Origin: a bacterium
GTDB lineage: Bacteria > UBA8248
Reading direction: 5' to 3'
DNA length: 64,000 nt
NCBI GenBank assembly: GCA_965213685.1
Contig: CBDBZY010000036.1
Span: 96,001-160,000 of the forward strand
Below the pieces are notes generated by a model that was given only the letters and a program-made list of their open reading frames with translations, did not search any database and was not told the DNA's origin. Position numbers and translations under genes: made by a program. How positions within the stretch are numbered: the first letter of the stretch is position 1; each line of letters starts with the position of its first letter. Of the stretch, positions 22,735-31,754 are shown one piece after another.

Positions 22735-25029
22735 CTACGCGCCATTTTTCTCCCGTCGTTCATTCATGGCGGCCAGTATCTTCTCCGGCGTTATCGGCAA
22801 CGTCGTGATCCGCACGCCGACGGCGTCATACACCGCGTTCGCGATCGCGGCCGAGGTGCCCAGCTGCGCCATCTCTCCCAGCCCTTTGGCGCCATACGGC
22901 CCGGTGGGGTTTTCCGTCTCGATGAGCACGACCTCGAGTTCCGGCAAATCCTGGGTCGTGGGCAGCTTGTAATCGAGCCAGTTCGCGTTCACCGGCTGGC
23001 CGTCCTCGACCTGAAAATCCTCCGTCATGGCGTAGCCCACGCCCATCAGCGCGCCGCCGTCCAGCTGGCCCAGCGCACCCGCGGGGTTCACGATGGTTCC
23101 CACGTCGTTCGTGCTGACGATGCGCAGCACCTCGAGCGCGCCGGTTTCGACGTCCACCTCCACCTCGGCCACCTTGGCGCCGTAGGCGTAGGCGGCGGAC
23201 CAGTTGCCATACCCCGTCACGGGGTCGGGCGTCTCGCTCGGGGAATCATAGGAGGACGCCGTATAGACGGCCTCGCTGCCCTCCTTGTCATATATCTTCA
23301 TGTAGGCTTCGGCGTGCGTCACCTGCTTCTCGGGAGAGCTGGTGACGAAAATCCGGCCCTCGCGCGCGTCCAGATCGTTCGGGTCGCATTCGAGCAACTC
23401 CGCAGCGCCCTGGAAGAGCATGTTTCTCGCCTCCAGCGACGCCAGGCGCGTGGCCTGGCCGTCGATGGTCGTCGTTCGGCTGCCCCGCACCCCCCATCCG
23501 TAGGGATTCACCGAGGTGTCGCCGTTGATGATCCGCACGTCCTCCACGCGCACGCCCAGCGTCTCCGCGCAAATCTGCGCCAGCGTGGTGTCCGAGCCGT
23601 TGCCCATCTCGATGGTGCCCGAGAGCAGCTGCACGGTGCCGTCCTTGTTCATCTTGATGAACGCGCCGGCGGTCTCCGGACCCATCGCGCGCGCCCCTGT
23701 GAAATGCACCGCCGCACTCAGCCCGTAGCCGCGCCTCTTGCCGTTGCGGCCCTCCTGCCTCTCGCGCCACGGCACGCGCTTGACCGCTTCCTGCACGCAT
23801 TCCGAAACGCCGCAACTCGTGATCTTGGCGCCGATGATGGTAGTGTCGCCCCTGCGCACGAAGTTCTTCACCCGAAACTCCGCCGGGTCCATGCCGATCT
23901 CCTCGGCGTGTTTCTCCATGGCGACCTCCGAGCCGAACGAATAGCCGCCATTGCCCACGCCGCGCATCGCACCGCCAGGCGGCACGTTGGTGTAGACGAC
24001 GTCGGCGTGATGGCGATAGGCCTTGTAGTGGTAGAGGCTCCCCCCCATGTGCGCCGTGATGCCGCCGACCACCGGTCCGTAATCGGAGTACCCGCCGTTT
24101 TCCACCACCATTTTGACGTCGCGCGCCAGGAGCATCCCCTCCTTGTCGGTGGCGATGCGGAAGGTGTGGAACTGCTTCGTCCGATGGGTGCCGAGGAGAA
24201 ACTCCTCCTCGCGCGTGTAGTAGAACTTCACGGGGAGGCCCAGCCTCTTCGCCGCGATGATGGAGAGGAAATCGATGTTGAACTTGCTCGTCGCCTTGCC
24301 GCCGAAGCCCCCGCCCACGTAGTTCGTTACCACGCGAATGTTGGCCTCGGGAATCTTGAGGAGCTTGGAGAAATACTGGCTCGAAAGGCTCGGGCACTGC
24401 GAGGAGTTGTAGACCGTCACGTCGCCTCGCGGAGACCACTCGGCGATGGACACGTGCGCCTCGAAGGAGGCGTGCATCTGGCGCGAGGAGGCGGAGGTGA
24501 GCTCGCTCACGTGGTGGGCCTCCTCGAACATCCTGTCCACCTCGCCGAACTCCATGTGCTTGGTGAACGCGACGTTGTTCGGCTTCGCCTCGTGGAGGAC
24601 GGGGGCGCCCTCCCGCATCGCCTCGAAGGGGTCGAAGACAGCGGGGAGCTCCTCGTAGTCAACCTCGATGAGGTCGAGCGCCTCCTGCGCGACGTCCTCG
24701 GAGGTCGCCACGACGGCCGCCACCGAGTCGCCCACGTAGCGCACCTTGTCCGTGGCGAGGGGGCGCTGATCGTAGCAGACCGGCACGACGCCCCAGACCA
24801 CCTCGTCCGGCACGTCTCTGGACGTCATCACGAGCTTGACGCCGGGGAGCCTCTCCGCGCGGCTGGCGTCGATGTTCCGGATGCGGGCGTGGGGGAGCGG
24901 ACTCCCCAGCAGCTTGCCGTGGAGCATCTTGGGCAGGAGGAGGTCCAGGGTGTACATGGCCTGGCCCGTCACCTTCTCCGGCGCATCGACGCGCGGCACG
25001 CTCTTTCCGACGTATGCGAGATCAGTCAT
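22735..25029 (-). CDS. Xanthine dehydrogenase-family molybdopterin-binding subunit
   Basis: EKVTG, GGGFGGK, AMRGVG, GSRT, GAKGLGE (catalytic Glu); lacks the CoxL AYXCSFR motif, so not a CO dehydrogenase. Confidence 0.93.
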   Translation of the reverse strand: MTDLAYVGKSVPRVDAPEKVTGQAMYTLDLLLPKMLHGKLLGSPLPHARIRNIDASRAERLPGVKLVMTSRDVPDEVVWGVVPVCYDQRPLATDKVRYVGDSVAAVVATSEDVAQEALDLIEVDYEELPAVFDPFEAMREGAPVLHEAKPNNVAFTKHMEFGEVDRMFEEAHHVSELTSASSRQMHASFEAHVSIAEWSPRGDVTVYNSSQCPSLSSQYFSKLLKIPEANIRVVTNYVGGGFGGKATSKFNIDFLSIIAAKRLGLPVKFYYTREEEFLLGTHRTKQFHTFRIATDKEGMLLARDVKMVVENGGYSDYGPVVGGITAHMGGSLYHYKAYRHHADVVYTNVPPGGAMRGVGNGGYSFGSEVAMEKHAEEIGMDPAEFRVKNFVRRGDTTIIGAKITSCGVSECVQEAVKRVPWRERQEGRNGKRRGYGLSAAVHFTGARAMGPETAGAFIKMNKDGTVQLLSGTIEMGNGSDTTLAQICAETLGVRVEDVRIINGDTSVNPYGWGVRGSRTTTIDGQATRLASLEARNMLFQGAAELLECDPNDLDAREGRIFVTSSPEKQVTHAEAYMKIYDKEGSEAVYTASSYDSPSETPDPVTGYGNWSAAYAYGAKVAEVEVDVETGALEVLRIVSTNDVGTIVNPAGALGQLDGGALMGVGYAMTEDFQVEDGQPVNANWLDYKLPTTQDLPELEVVLIETENPTGPYGAKGLGEMAQLGTSAAIANAVYDAVGVRITTLPITPEKILAAMNERREKNGA

Positions 25030-25123
25030 GGAACCCTCCACTCGTGTGCGGCGTCGAAGCGGGCGCGCCGCAGGGTGCAATCCGCCGCGATTCGTTTATT
25101 TCTCCATATCGTACGGTTCCATT

Positions 25124-25153
25124 ATTATAGCCATCCGAGAGAGGAGATGGCAA
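25124..25153 (-). promoter_or_regulatory. Putative sigma70 promoter for the molybdoenzyme-porin operon
   Basis: Minus strand TTGCCA-N18-TATAAT. Confidence 0.5.
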
Positions 25154-25308
25154 CTTGAAAAATGAAAAAACGCCGAGCCAACCACGAGCGCGCGCGCCCC
25201 GCTCCGCCTCCGCCCCGGTTTGTGATTCGCCGCCCGCCATGCTAGAAGGAGGAGGATCATACACATTCTCCCACCATTCCCGAAACGACTGAACGGGAGG
25301 GACGCGCG

Positions 25309-26056
25309 ATGCCCATTCGTTTTGATTTCCAGGGCCGGAAGGTCATCCTCACGGGTGCGGCCGGTGCCATGGGAAGCCGCATCCTCCAGGGATACCTCGA
25401 GGCCGGCGCCCGGGTGTTCGCCACCGACAGGGCGGGCGCCGCCTTTGACGCGATGGCCGGCCCATCCGACCAGCTCTTCAAGCGCCCCTGCGACCTGGGC
25501 CGACGTAGCCGCCATTCGCGCGACCATGCGCGAGGCGCTCCGGTGGCTCGGCGGCTGCGACGTACTCGCCAACGTGGCGGGCTACATGCCGATTCGACCG
25601 CCCCTCGAACTCCGGGAGGAGGACTGGGAACCGGTGCTGGGCGTGAACCTGCTGGCGCCGTATTTCTGCATACAGGAAACCATCGAGGCGCTGAAGGCCT
25701 CCGGGACGGGGCGAATCATCAGCTTCGCGTCCATCGCGGGCAAAATGGGGGGCATCGGCCCGAACCTCACCTACGCCGCCGCCAAGGCGGGCCTGCTCGC
25801 CATGACGTTCAACCTCGCGCGCGAGCTCGCGAAGACGGGGGTGACGATCAACACGGTGCAGCCCGGCCCGGCCGACACGGGCCTCCACTTTGAATCCCCG
25901 CCCGAGATGCTGGCGAACGCAGCGAACGCCCACCCGATGGGCAGGCTCACGACGCCCGACGACGTATGGCAGACCGTCCTGTTTCTGTCGAGCGAGGAGG
26001 CCGCGCACATCAACGGAGAGGCGGTGGATGTGAACGGCGGCTTCTGGACGGACTAG
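25309..26056 (+). CDS. SDR family oxidoreductase, frameshifted (+1 G at 25497-25499; sequencing error or pseudogene)
   Basis: TGAAGAMG...PCDL in one frame continues as ADVAAI...NVAG...YAAAK...VNGG in another; removing one G restores one ORF. Confidence 0.8.
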
Positions 26057-26073
26057 CCGCGGAGGAGAACGCC

Positions 26074-26919
26074 ATGTCGACCGGAAACCGGAAAGGATAC
26101 GCGAACCCCGACCTGCTCTGGTCGCCCGCGCAGCTCAACGAGCGCATGGACGACCCGAACCTGCGAATCATCGACGCGCGCACGGGCGAGCGCTACGCGA
26201 TGGGGCATATCCCCGGCGCCCGGCACTTCGATCTGTATGGCGTGAACAGCGATGACTCCAGCGAGGCGTCGCTGCGGAACTTCTTCGCCATGTGGGCGTT
26301 CCTGCTGGGAAACCGGGGGGTGTCGTTCGAGAACGCCATCGTTTTCTATGACGACATCGTCGGCAACACGAGCGTGCGCGGGTTCTGGATGCTCGAGCTT
26401 TTCGGCCACAAGGACGTCCACGTGCTCGACGGCGGCTACAGCGCCTGGGAGCGGGCGGGATTCGAGACCACGCGGGACGCCGAGCCGCCCCGGCCCGCCG
26501 CTTTCGAGATGGCGTTCGAGCCGCATCGCCTCGCCACGCGGGAGGACGTGATGCGCGCCATCGGCGAGGAGGGCCACGTGCTGCTCGACACCCGCTCGAT
26601 AGAGGAATGGGAAGCGCGGCAGGTGCGGGCGCGGAGGGGCGGCATCATCCCGGGCGCCGTCTGGCAGGAGTGGCTCCAGCACCTGACGCCCGAGGGGGAG
26701 ATGAAGCCCGCCGCCGCGCTGCGGGCGCAGTTCGAGGCGCTGGGGATCACGCCCGAAAAAGAGGTGACCGCCTACTGACAGACGGGCTACCGTGCGGCGC
26801 ACGGCTATTTCGCCCTGAGGCTGCTGGGCTACCCGAACGTGAGAAACTACATGAGCTCCTGGAAGGAGTGGGGCAATCGCGAGGATACGCCCATCGCGCA
26901 GGCGCAGGGCGCCGACTGA
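26074..26919 (+). CDS. Tandem-domain sulfurtransferase (rhodanese/SseA family), predicted selenoprotein with Sec at TGA 26776-26778
   Basis: GGAGGAG RBS; GHIPGA, VLDGG, LDTR, IPGA; reading through TGA gives the active-site loop Y-U-QTGYRA and the C-terminal signature [11 protein letters not shown]; 281 aa. Confidence 0.88.
26784..26815 (+). promoter_or_regulatory. Putative bacterial SECIS element
   Basis: Apical stem CCGTGC-GGC-GCACGG (26790-26804) begins after an 11-nt spacer following UGA, with G in the loop; extendable by GGGC/GCCC pairing. Confidence 0.7.
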
Positions 26920-26981
26920 GGCGAGGGGCGGCGGGGGCCGAACCGGTCAAAGGACCTGCGCCATCATGAGGGGGGCGGGGT

Positions 26982-27010
26982 TTGTATCCCGGAAAATCTT
27001 CCCCTACAAT
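26982..27010 (+). promoter_or_regulatory. Putative sigma70 promoter for the ABC transporter operon
   Basis: TTGTAT-N17-TACAAT. Confidence 0.6.
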
Positions 27011-27123
27011 AAGAAGATAATGATGCTTCTGGAGGTCAGGGCGCTTTCACGGCGGCCCGGGAACGGTTCTTCGGGTTGGGCCGTTTCATTTTCATTCATC
27101 TATGGATTTCCTGGAGGTTCGCA

Positions 27124-28140
27124 ATGAAGAGGAATTTCGCTCGAATCATCCTGGCCGCGGGGATCGCTTGCGGCCTCTCGGCGGCGGGTCTCGCTGCGGC
27201 GGCGCCCACGCTTCGTCTCGGCGCGGCCAGCAACACCGGCGGCATGATAGTCTTCGTTGGAGTAGACAAGGGCTTTTTCGCCAAGAACGGACTCGACGCG
27301 AAAGTCGTCGTGCGCAACACGGGCGCCCAGCTCACCAAATCCCTCAAGGCCGGCCAGATTGACTTCGCCCCCGCCGCCTTCACCAACCTGCCTGCGGCAC
27401 TCGAGCGCGGCATCAAGGTTCGCGGCGTCGTGGGCTACGTCGGCGGCTCCTACAAGAAATCCACCACCGACGAGATGGTGGGCATCGCCGTGCGCCCCGG
27501 CGCCGGCATCCAGACCATCAAGGACCTCGAGGGCAAGAAAATCGGCTCCACCTTCGGCTCCACCGGCGACCTCTACCTCCGCACCCTGCTGGAGAAAAAC
27601 GGCATCGGCGTAGGCGGCGTCCGCCGGATCAACGTGCGTCCGCCGAGCATCGTCTCCCTGTTCGATTCCGGCGGCGTCGACGCCATGGTCGCGTGGGAGC
27701 CCTACCTCACCCGGATGACCGACAAGGTGAAGGGCGCCTCGCTCGTGTCGCGCGGCGGCGACTACGTCTGCTTCTGCGCCGGCATGCACGGCGTGCCGGA
27801 GCGCGTGTACAAAGACAAGAAAGCAACCCAGGCGTTCGTCAACGGCATGTCCGAGGCGGCCGCCTACGTGCGGGACGCCAAAAACAGCGACGAGATCGCC
27901 AAAATCGGGGCCCGCTACGTTCGCGGCATGGACGCCGCCCTCATCAAGCGCACCATCAAATGGTGGACCTACGACCCGCGCCTGGGCGAGAACACGCTCA
28001 AGGCCTTCAACTTCTCGGTCAAGCAGCTCATCGCCCAGAAGAAGATGAAGCGGCCCTACGACCCCAGAAAATACTTCGATTTCCAGTTCATCAACCGGAC
28101 GATGAAAGAACATCCGGAGTGGTTCCAGGATCTGAAATAA
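27124..28140 (+). CDS. ABC transporter substrate-binding protein (NitT/TauT/SsuA family)
   Basis: Signal peptide, KGFFAKNGL, DLEGKKIG, WEPY; GGAGG RBS. Confidence 0.9.
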   Translation: MKRNFARIILAAGIACGLSAAGLAAAAPTLRLGAASNTGGMIVFVGVDKGFFAKNGLDAKVVVRNTGAQLTKSLKAGQIDFAPAAFTNLPAALERGIKVRGVVGYVGGSYKKSTTDEMVGIAVRPGAGIQTIKDLEGKKIGSTFGSTGDLYLRTLLEKNGIGVGGVRRINVRPPSIVSLFDSGGVDAMVAWEPYLTRMTDKVKGASLVSRGGDYVCFCAGMHGVPERVYKDKKATQAFVNGMSEAAAYVRDAKNSDEIAKIGARYVRGMDAALIKRTIKWWTYDPRLGENTLKAFNFSVKQLIAQKKMKRPYDPRKYFDFQFINRTMKEHPEWFQDLK

Positions 28141-28161
28141 CCCGAATCCTCACGCGCCCGC

Positions 28162-28194
28162 ATCCGCGCCCCGCTCTTTTGCCGGGGCGCGGAT
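28162..28194 (+). terminator. Intercistronic stem-loop after the SBP gene (stabiliser or partial terminator)
   Basis: atccgcgccccg-N9-cggggcgcggat, 12-bp stem, no U tract. Confidence 0.5.
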
Positions 28195-28222
28195 TGCGCT
28201 TGAATAGGAACCGAGAAGCCAT

Positions 28223-29017
28223 ATGCCCCCCAAACTGGTTGTCAACGGGCTGTCGCACCACTACCCGGACGAATACACGGGAGAGGACGTCCACGCGCTC
28301 GACAAGGTGAGCCTCGCCGTGGAGGACGGCGAATTCTCCGCCGTCGTCGGTCCGAGCGGATGCGGGAAGACCACCCTGCTCAACATTCTCGCGGGGCTTC
28401 TCCCCCACACCGAGGGCAGCGTTCAGGTGGACGGCAAGGAGGTGCGGGGGCCGGGACCGGATCGGGGGGTGGTGTTTCAGGAACACGCGATCCTCCCCTG
28501 GCGCACCGTCGGGAGAAACATCGGCCACGGCCTTGAGATTCAGGGGCTTCCCCGGGAGGAGAGGGAGAGAAAGGTGCAGGAATTCGTCGACCTCGTCGGC
28601 TTGTCCGGCTTCGAGGATCGCTATCCGCATGAGCTTTCCGGCGGCATGAAGCAGCGCTGCGCACTCGCGCGCACGCTGTGCGCCAACCCCGTCGTGATGC
28701 TGATGGACGAGCCCTTCGCCGCCGTGGACGCGCAGACGAGAATCACCCTCCAGGAAGAGTTGAACCGCATCGCGATTGCGACGAAGAAGACGATCCTCTT
28801 CATCACGCACAATGTGGATGAGGCCGCGTTTCTCGGAGATCGCTGCTTCATCTTCTCGCGCCGACCGGGAAGGCTGAAGGCCACCGTGAAAATCGACATC
28901 CCGCGCGGGAAGCGCATATGGAAGGACGTGCTGTCGGAGCGCGCCTACAGCGAGCCGCGCGACGAAATCCTCCGCCTCGTGCGCGAGGAGGTGTTTGACG
29001 ATGACGAGGGAGAGTAG
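28223..29017 (+). CDS. ABC transporter ATP-binding protein (NitT/TauT)
   Basis: GPSGCGKT, LSGGMKQR, LMDEPF, ITH. Confidence 0.95.
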   Translation: MPPKLVVNGLSHHYPDEYTGEDVHALDKVSLAVEDGEFSAVVGPSGCGKTTLLNILAGLLPHTEGSVQVDGKEVRGPGPDRGVVFQEHAILPWRTVGRNIGHGLEIQGLPREERERKVQEFVDLVGLSGFEDRYPHELSGGMKQRCALARTLCANPVVMLMDEPFAAVDAQTRITLQEELNRIAIATKKTILFITHNVDEAAFLGDRCFIFSRRPGRLKATVKIDIPRGKRIWKDVLSERAYSEPRDEILRLVREEVFDDDEGE

Positions 29018-29828
29018 CGGGGCGGGGGGAGTGCGAAAGCCGCACTCCAGGCGCTGGAGAACGTTCATCCGGGGAGGCGGGGTCGAGCTGCTGGCCCTCA
29101 TCGTGGGCATCCTGGCGTTATGGTCCGTCATCTCGCAGATCATCCCGAATCCGGACCGCTACCTGCCCTCGCCGCTTTCCGTCGTCGCCTCCTCCTACGA
29201 CGTCATCTGGAAGGGTCTGCTGCCCAACTACATCGGGCAAACGCTGTGGCGTCTCGTCATCGGCAGCGCCATCGGCCTGCTCCTGGGCATCCCCTTCGGC
29301 ATCGCCCTGGGACTGAACCGCACGGTCTCGGACATGTTCTACCCCATCATGAACTTTTTTCAGTCCATATCCGGCATCGCCATACTCCCCATCATCGTCG
29401 TCTGGTGGGGCAACAGCGAAAAGACCGTATTCATCGTCATCCTCTACACCTGCTTCTTCCCGATCGCCTTCAACGTCCTGACCGGCGTGCGCAGCACCCC
29501 GATGATACTGGTGAACGCCCTGCGCACCCTCGGCGCCTCGCGCCTCCGCATCGTGAAAGACGTGTTCATACCAAGCGCCATGCCCCACATCGCCACCGGA
29601 GCGAGGCTGGGCATCGGCTACGCCTGGCGCGCGGTCATCGCGGGCGAGATGCTCGCCGGCAGGCGCGGCCTGGGGTGGATGATCTTCACCTCGCAGGACG
29701 CCGACCTCACCGCCCAGGTGATACTCGGGATGGTGATGATCGGCGCCATATGGATCATGATCGATCGCTTCGCCCTGCGTCCCATCGAGGCGGACACCAT
29801 CCAGCGATGGGGGCTCGTGCAGCGATGA
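29001..29828 (+). CDS. ABC transporter permease (NitT/TauT)
   Basis: LPSP, ALRTLGASR, AWRAVIAGEM, GLG. Confidence 0.92.
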   Translation: MTRESSGAGGVRKPHSRRWRTFIRGGGVELLALIVGILALWSVISQIIPNPDRYLPSPLSVVASSYDVIWKGLLPNYIGQTLWRLVIGSAIGLLLGIPFGIALGLNRTVSDMFYPIMNFFQSISGIAILPIIVVWWGNSEKTVFIVILYTCFFPIAFNVLTGVRSTPMILVNALRTLGASRLRIVKDVFIPSAMPHIATGARLGIGYAWRAVIAGEMLAGRRGLGWMIFTSQDADLTAQVILGMVMIGAIWIMIDRFALRPIEADTIQRWGLVQR

Positions 29829-30685
29829 GCGCACTCCAGACGGCGGCCATTGGTCTGCAAAAGCGCTTCGGCCGCCAAAGGCTGCGGAAAGTCGCGCTGG
29901 GCGCCATCCCCTTCATCGTCCTGATCGCCCTCTGGCAGATGAACACCTCGTTCGGATGGCTTCCTCCGGTCTTCATCCCGCCCATCGCGTCCATCTGGGA
30001 GGCGATACACACCCTCTCGGATGGATGCGCGGGCGTCGGCGCGGCGCTCACCATGCAATACGAATGCATGTTCACCAACCACATCTTCTCGAGCCTGGGC
30101 CGCGTGGGACTCAGCCTCCTCATCGGCATCCCCTTCGGCATCGCCTGCGGCGTCCTGGCGGGCATGAGCCGCCGCTTCGCCCACGCCCTGGAGCCCATCG
30201 GGGTGTTCGCCAACGCCATATCGGGCATCGCCTGGGTTCCCCTGGCCATCGTCTGGTTCGGCACCGGCTGGCTGACGACGCTCTTCATCCTGCTGAACAC
30301 CGTCTTCTGGCTCGTGTTCTTCAACACCCTGCTGGGGGTTCGCGGCGTGCCGCGCGTGTACGAAAACTCCGTCCTGACGCTCGGCGGAAGGCGGCGGGAG
30401 ATCATCTCGCAGGTCTACATACCGGGCGCGCTGCCCAGCATCGTCACCGGCGTCCGCATGAGCATGGGGTTCGGGTGGCGCGCGCTCATCGCAGCGGAGA
30501 TGATAGGCGGCGACAGCGGGCTGGGCTTCATGATCTTCGTCTCGGCCGCGGAATACAAGATTGAGGAGGTGTTCCTGGGCGTTCTCGTCATCGCCATCAT
30601 GTGGATGCTCACCGACAGGTTCATGCTCATTCCCCTGGAGAGGTGGACCATCCAGAGGTGGGGCATGGTATGGAGGCCTTCCTAG
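29825..30685 (+). CDS. ABC transporter permease (NitT/TauT)
   Basis: TM helices, PGALPSIVTG, WRALIAAEM, GLG; ATGA overlap with the upstream permease. Confidence 0.92.
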   Translation: MSALQTAAIGLQKRFGRQRLRKVALGAIPFIVLIALWQMNTSFGWLPPVFIPPIASIWEAIHTLSDGCAGVGAALTMQYECMFTNHIFSSLGRVGLSLLIGIPFGIACGVLAGMSRRFAHALEPIGVFANAISGIAWVPLAIVWFGTGWLTTLFILLNTVFWLVFFNTLLGVRGVPRVYENSVLTLGGRRREIISQVYIPGALPSIVTGVRMSMGFGWRALIAAEMIGGDSGLGFMIFVSAAEYKIEEVFLGVLVIAIMWMLTDRFMLIPLERWTIQRWGMVWRPS

Positions 30686-30686
30686 C

Positions 30687-31073
30687 ATGGCCGATGATTC
30701 GGGGAGGGCGCCCAAAACCCAAAAACCTTCCGGCGAGCGGCGCTGGAGCCAGCACCCCACCGTGCGCTTCCTGGCCGCCACGGCCATCCTGTTCGGCCTG
30801 TATTACGGATACGGCTACGCGACGGGGCCCTCCCGCCTCACCCCCGCACTCCAGGCGCGCCTGGAGGGGGCGGCGGGCAAGGTCGATCTGCTGATCACCT
30901 CGAAATTCCCGCCAGAGGAATTTCATATCCGCATCTACCAGGAGCTCGGCAGCATGCGCGGCGTGAAGGACGCCACGGCGGAGCTGGTTTCCGTCGCGCC
31001 CTCCGACGTCAGGACGCTCTCCAGGTATTACTGGGTGGAGAAGATAGACCTGAAGCCGGAGAGGAAAAGATAG
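30687..31073 (+). CDS. Hypothetical single-TM membrane-anchored protein, 128 aa
   Basis: Starts 1 nt after the permease stop; one hydrophobic segment followed by a soluble domain (FPPEEFH...YYWVEKI). Confidence 0.7.
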   Translation: MADDSGRAPKTQKPSGERRWSQHPTVRFLAATAILFGLYYGYGYATGPSRLTPALQARLEGAAGKVDLLITSKFPPEEFHIRIYQELGSMRGVKDATAELVSVAPSDVRTLSRYYWVEKIDLKPERKR

Positions 31074-31213
31074 GCCGCGCGTCGGAAAGAACGCCCCGGC
31101 GCATCGCCCCGCGCGCCAAGCCGCGCCGTCATTCCGGGGGAGGATGGGACAGGCTCGCCGCCGCATGAGCGGGCGTGTCCCGGAATTCTCCGCCGGGGGG
31201 GGGGGGGGGCTTC

Positions 31214-31639
31214 TCATTCTCGGTGCGGGTGCAGTTTTTCAAATTCTCCGTGGTCTTTGCTCGACTCCGCCATCTTCCGGAAAACATCCTCGTATCCGGG
31301 CGGCGAAAACACCCAGAACAGCTGGAGGGGGACATCGCCCGTGTTCCGCAGCCCGTGCGGGACGCCGGCGGGCAGAAAGACGCTCATCCCCGACCGGATG
31401 GAAAACGTCTCCCCATCCACATCCATCTCCCCTTCTCCCGCATGAAAGAAAAGGATTTCCTCCTCCTTCTCATGGAGATGCTCCGGGATTCCGCCGCCGA
31501 CCGGAATATCCTGGTTCCCCATGCTGAGCCATCGGGAATCCGTGTTGGCGGGGTCCGCCAGGATTCGCCAGCCGCGCGGGAGTGCGACGTTCCGCATCTC
31601 CAGCCTCTCGCCATCATCCCACCCGAACACGTATGCCAT
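31214..31639 (-). CDS. Cupin domain protein
   Basis: HLHEKEEEILFFHAGEG and PAGVPHGLRNTG cupin motifs. Confidence 0.9.
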   Translation of the reverse strand: MAYVFGWDDGERLEMRNVALPRGWRILADPANTDSRWLSMGNQDIPVGGGIPEHLHEKEEEILFFHAGEGEMDVDGETFSIRSGMSVFLPAGVPHGLRNTGDVPLQLFWVFSPPGYEDVFRKMAESSKDHGEFEKLHPHRE

Positions 31640-31754
31640 GCGACAAACACCCTCCCGGGGATTTTCGCGGGGCGCGCGCAGAGGTCCCCACGCCTCGCGC
31701 CGCCCGAGCCGAAACCTGTGCGGTGCGTCCAGGCGGGGGCCGGCCCCGGGCGCA

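Noticed and set aside
22735-25029. Aerobic CO dehydrogenase or 4-hydroxybenzoyl-CoA reductase call
   Set aside because: The active-site loop is AMRGVG rather than AYXCSFR, and the FAD subunit lacks the 4Fe-4S Cys insertion of HcrB.
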